Shown here: positions 63,754 through 64,000 of the stretch, piece by piece
How the letters are laid out: each line of letters starts with the position of its first letter
Position numbering within the stretch: position 1 is the first letter of the stretch
Source of the DNA: Dipteris shenzhenensis
Lineage: Eukaryota
Reading direction: 5' to 3' (one strand)
Assembly: GCA_047967505.1 (NCBI GenBank)
Contig: CM106538.1
DNA length: 64,000 nucleotides
Program-made: the position numbers and the translations under genes
Notes under the pieces: model-generated
The model's input: the letters and a program-made list of their open reading frames with translations, nothing else
Database searches by the model: none
Told to the model about the DNA's origin: nothing

Positions 63754-64000
63754 GTTAGCATTACTGCTCAAGAGCTGTGTACATCATGTGAACATTTTTC
63801 TGTTAGACTCCTTTTTTCTTTTCCATGCACTTTGTTTGATAATATCATTTTCATAGCTCTAGCTCACGCTGTTTGGATGACACTTGTAAGTTGCAGCAGA
63901 GAACCATCAGACACTTTTGGTCTAGATGTATAACTTAGAGAGGATGCAATGTGCTAAGCATTGCCATGTTCTTGTCGCAAGAGCACCACAACAAGCAGTA

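Overview
Eukaryotic land-plant genomic DNA. The huge TE-filled introns suggest a large-genome lineage such as a fern, but that is inference. Two host genes sit head-to-head about 26 kb apart. (1) Exon 1 of a SIK1/MAP4K (Hippo/STE20-like) kinase lies on the minus strand (7729-8626); its first intron runs past the window start. (2) A chloroplast DnaJ-ferredoxin gene (DJC76/77 type) lies on the plus strand with exons at 34988-35395, 62928-63056, 63328-63457 and 63633-63753; its first intron is 27.5 kb. Most of the rest is transposon-derived. There is a decayed Helentron/Helitron2-type Rep-helicase-AP-endonuclease element with two divergent unexplained ORFs upstream, one ending in a Myb/SANT-like motif. 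There is a full-length L1-type LINE with TSD and an extra ORF1 domain, inserted in the LTR of an older Ty3 element. There is a very young full-length Ty3 chromovirus (271-bp LTRs, 1 mismatch, ATGAT TSD), two copies of an apparently ORF1-only LINE-like element, and many Ty1/Ty3/LINE relics and local tandem duplications. No rRNA, tRNA or CRISPR array was found. All family assignments come from motif recognition by eye, and boundaries of decayed elements are approximate.
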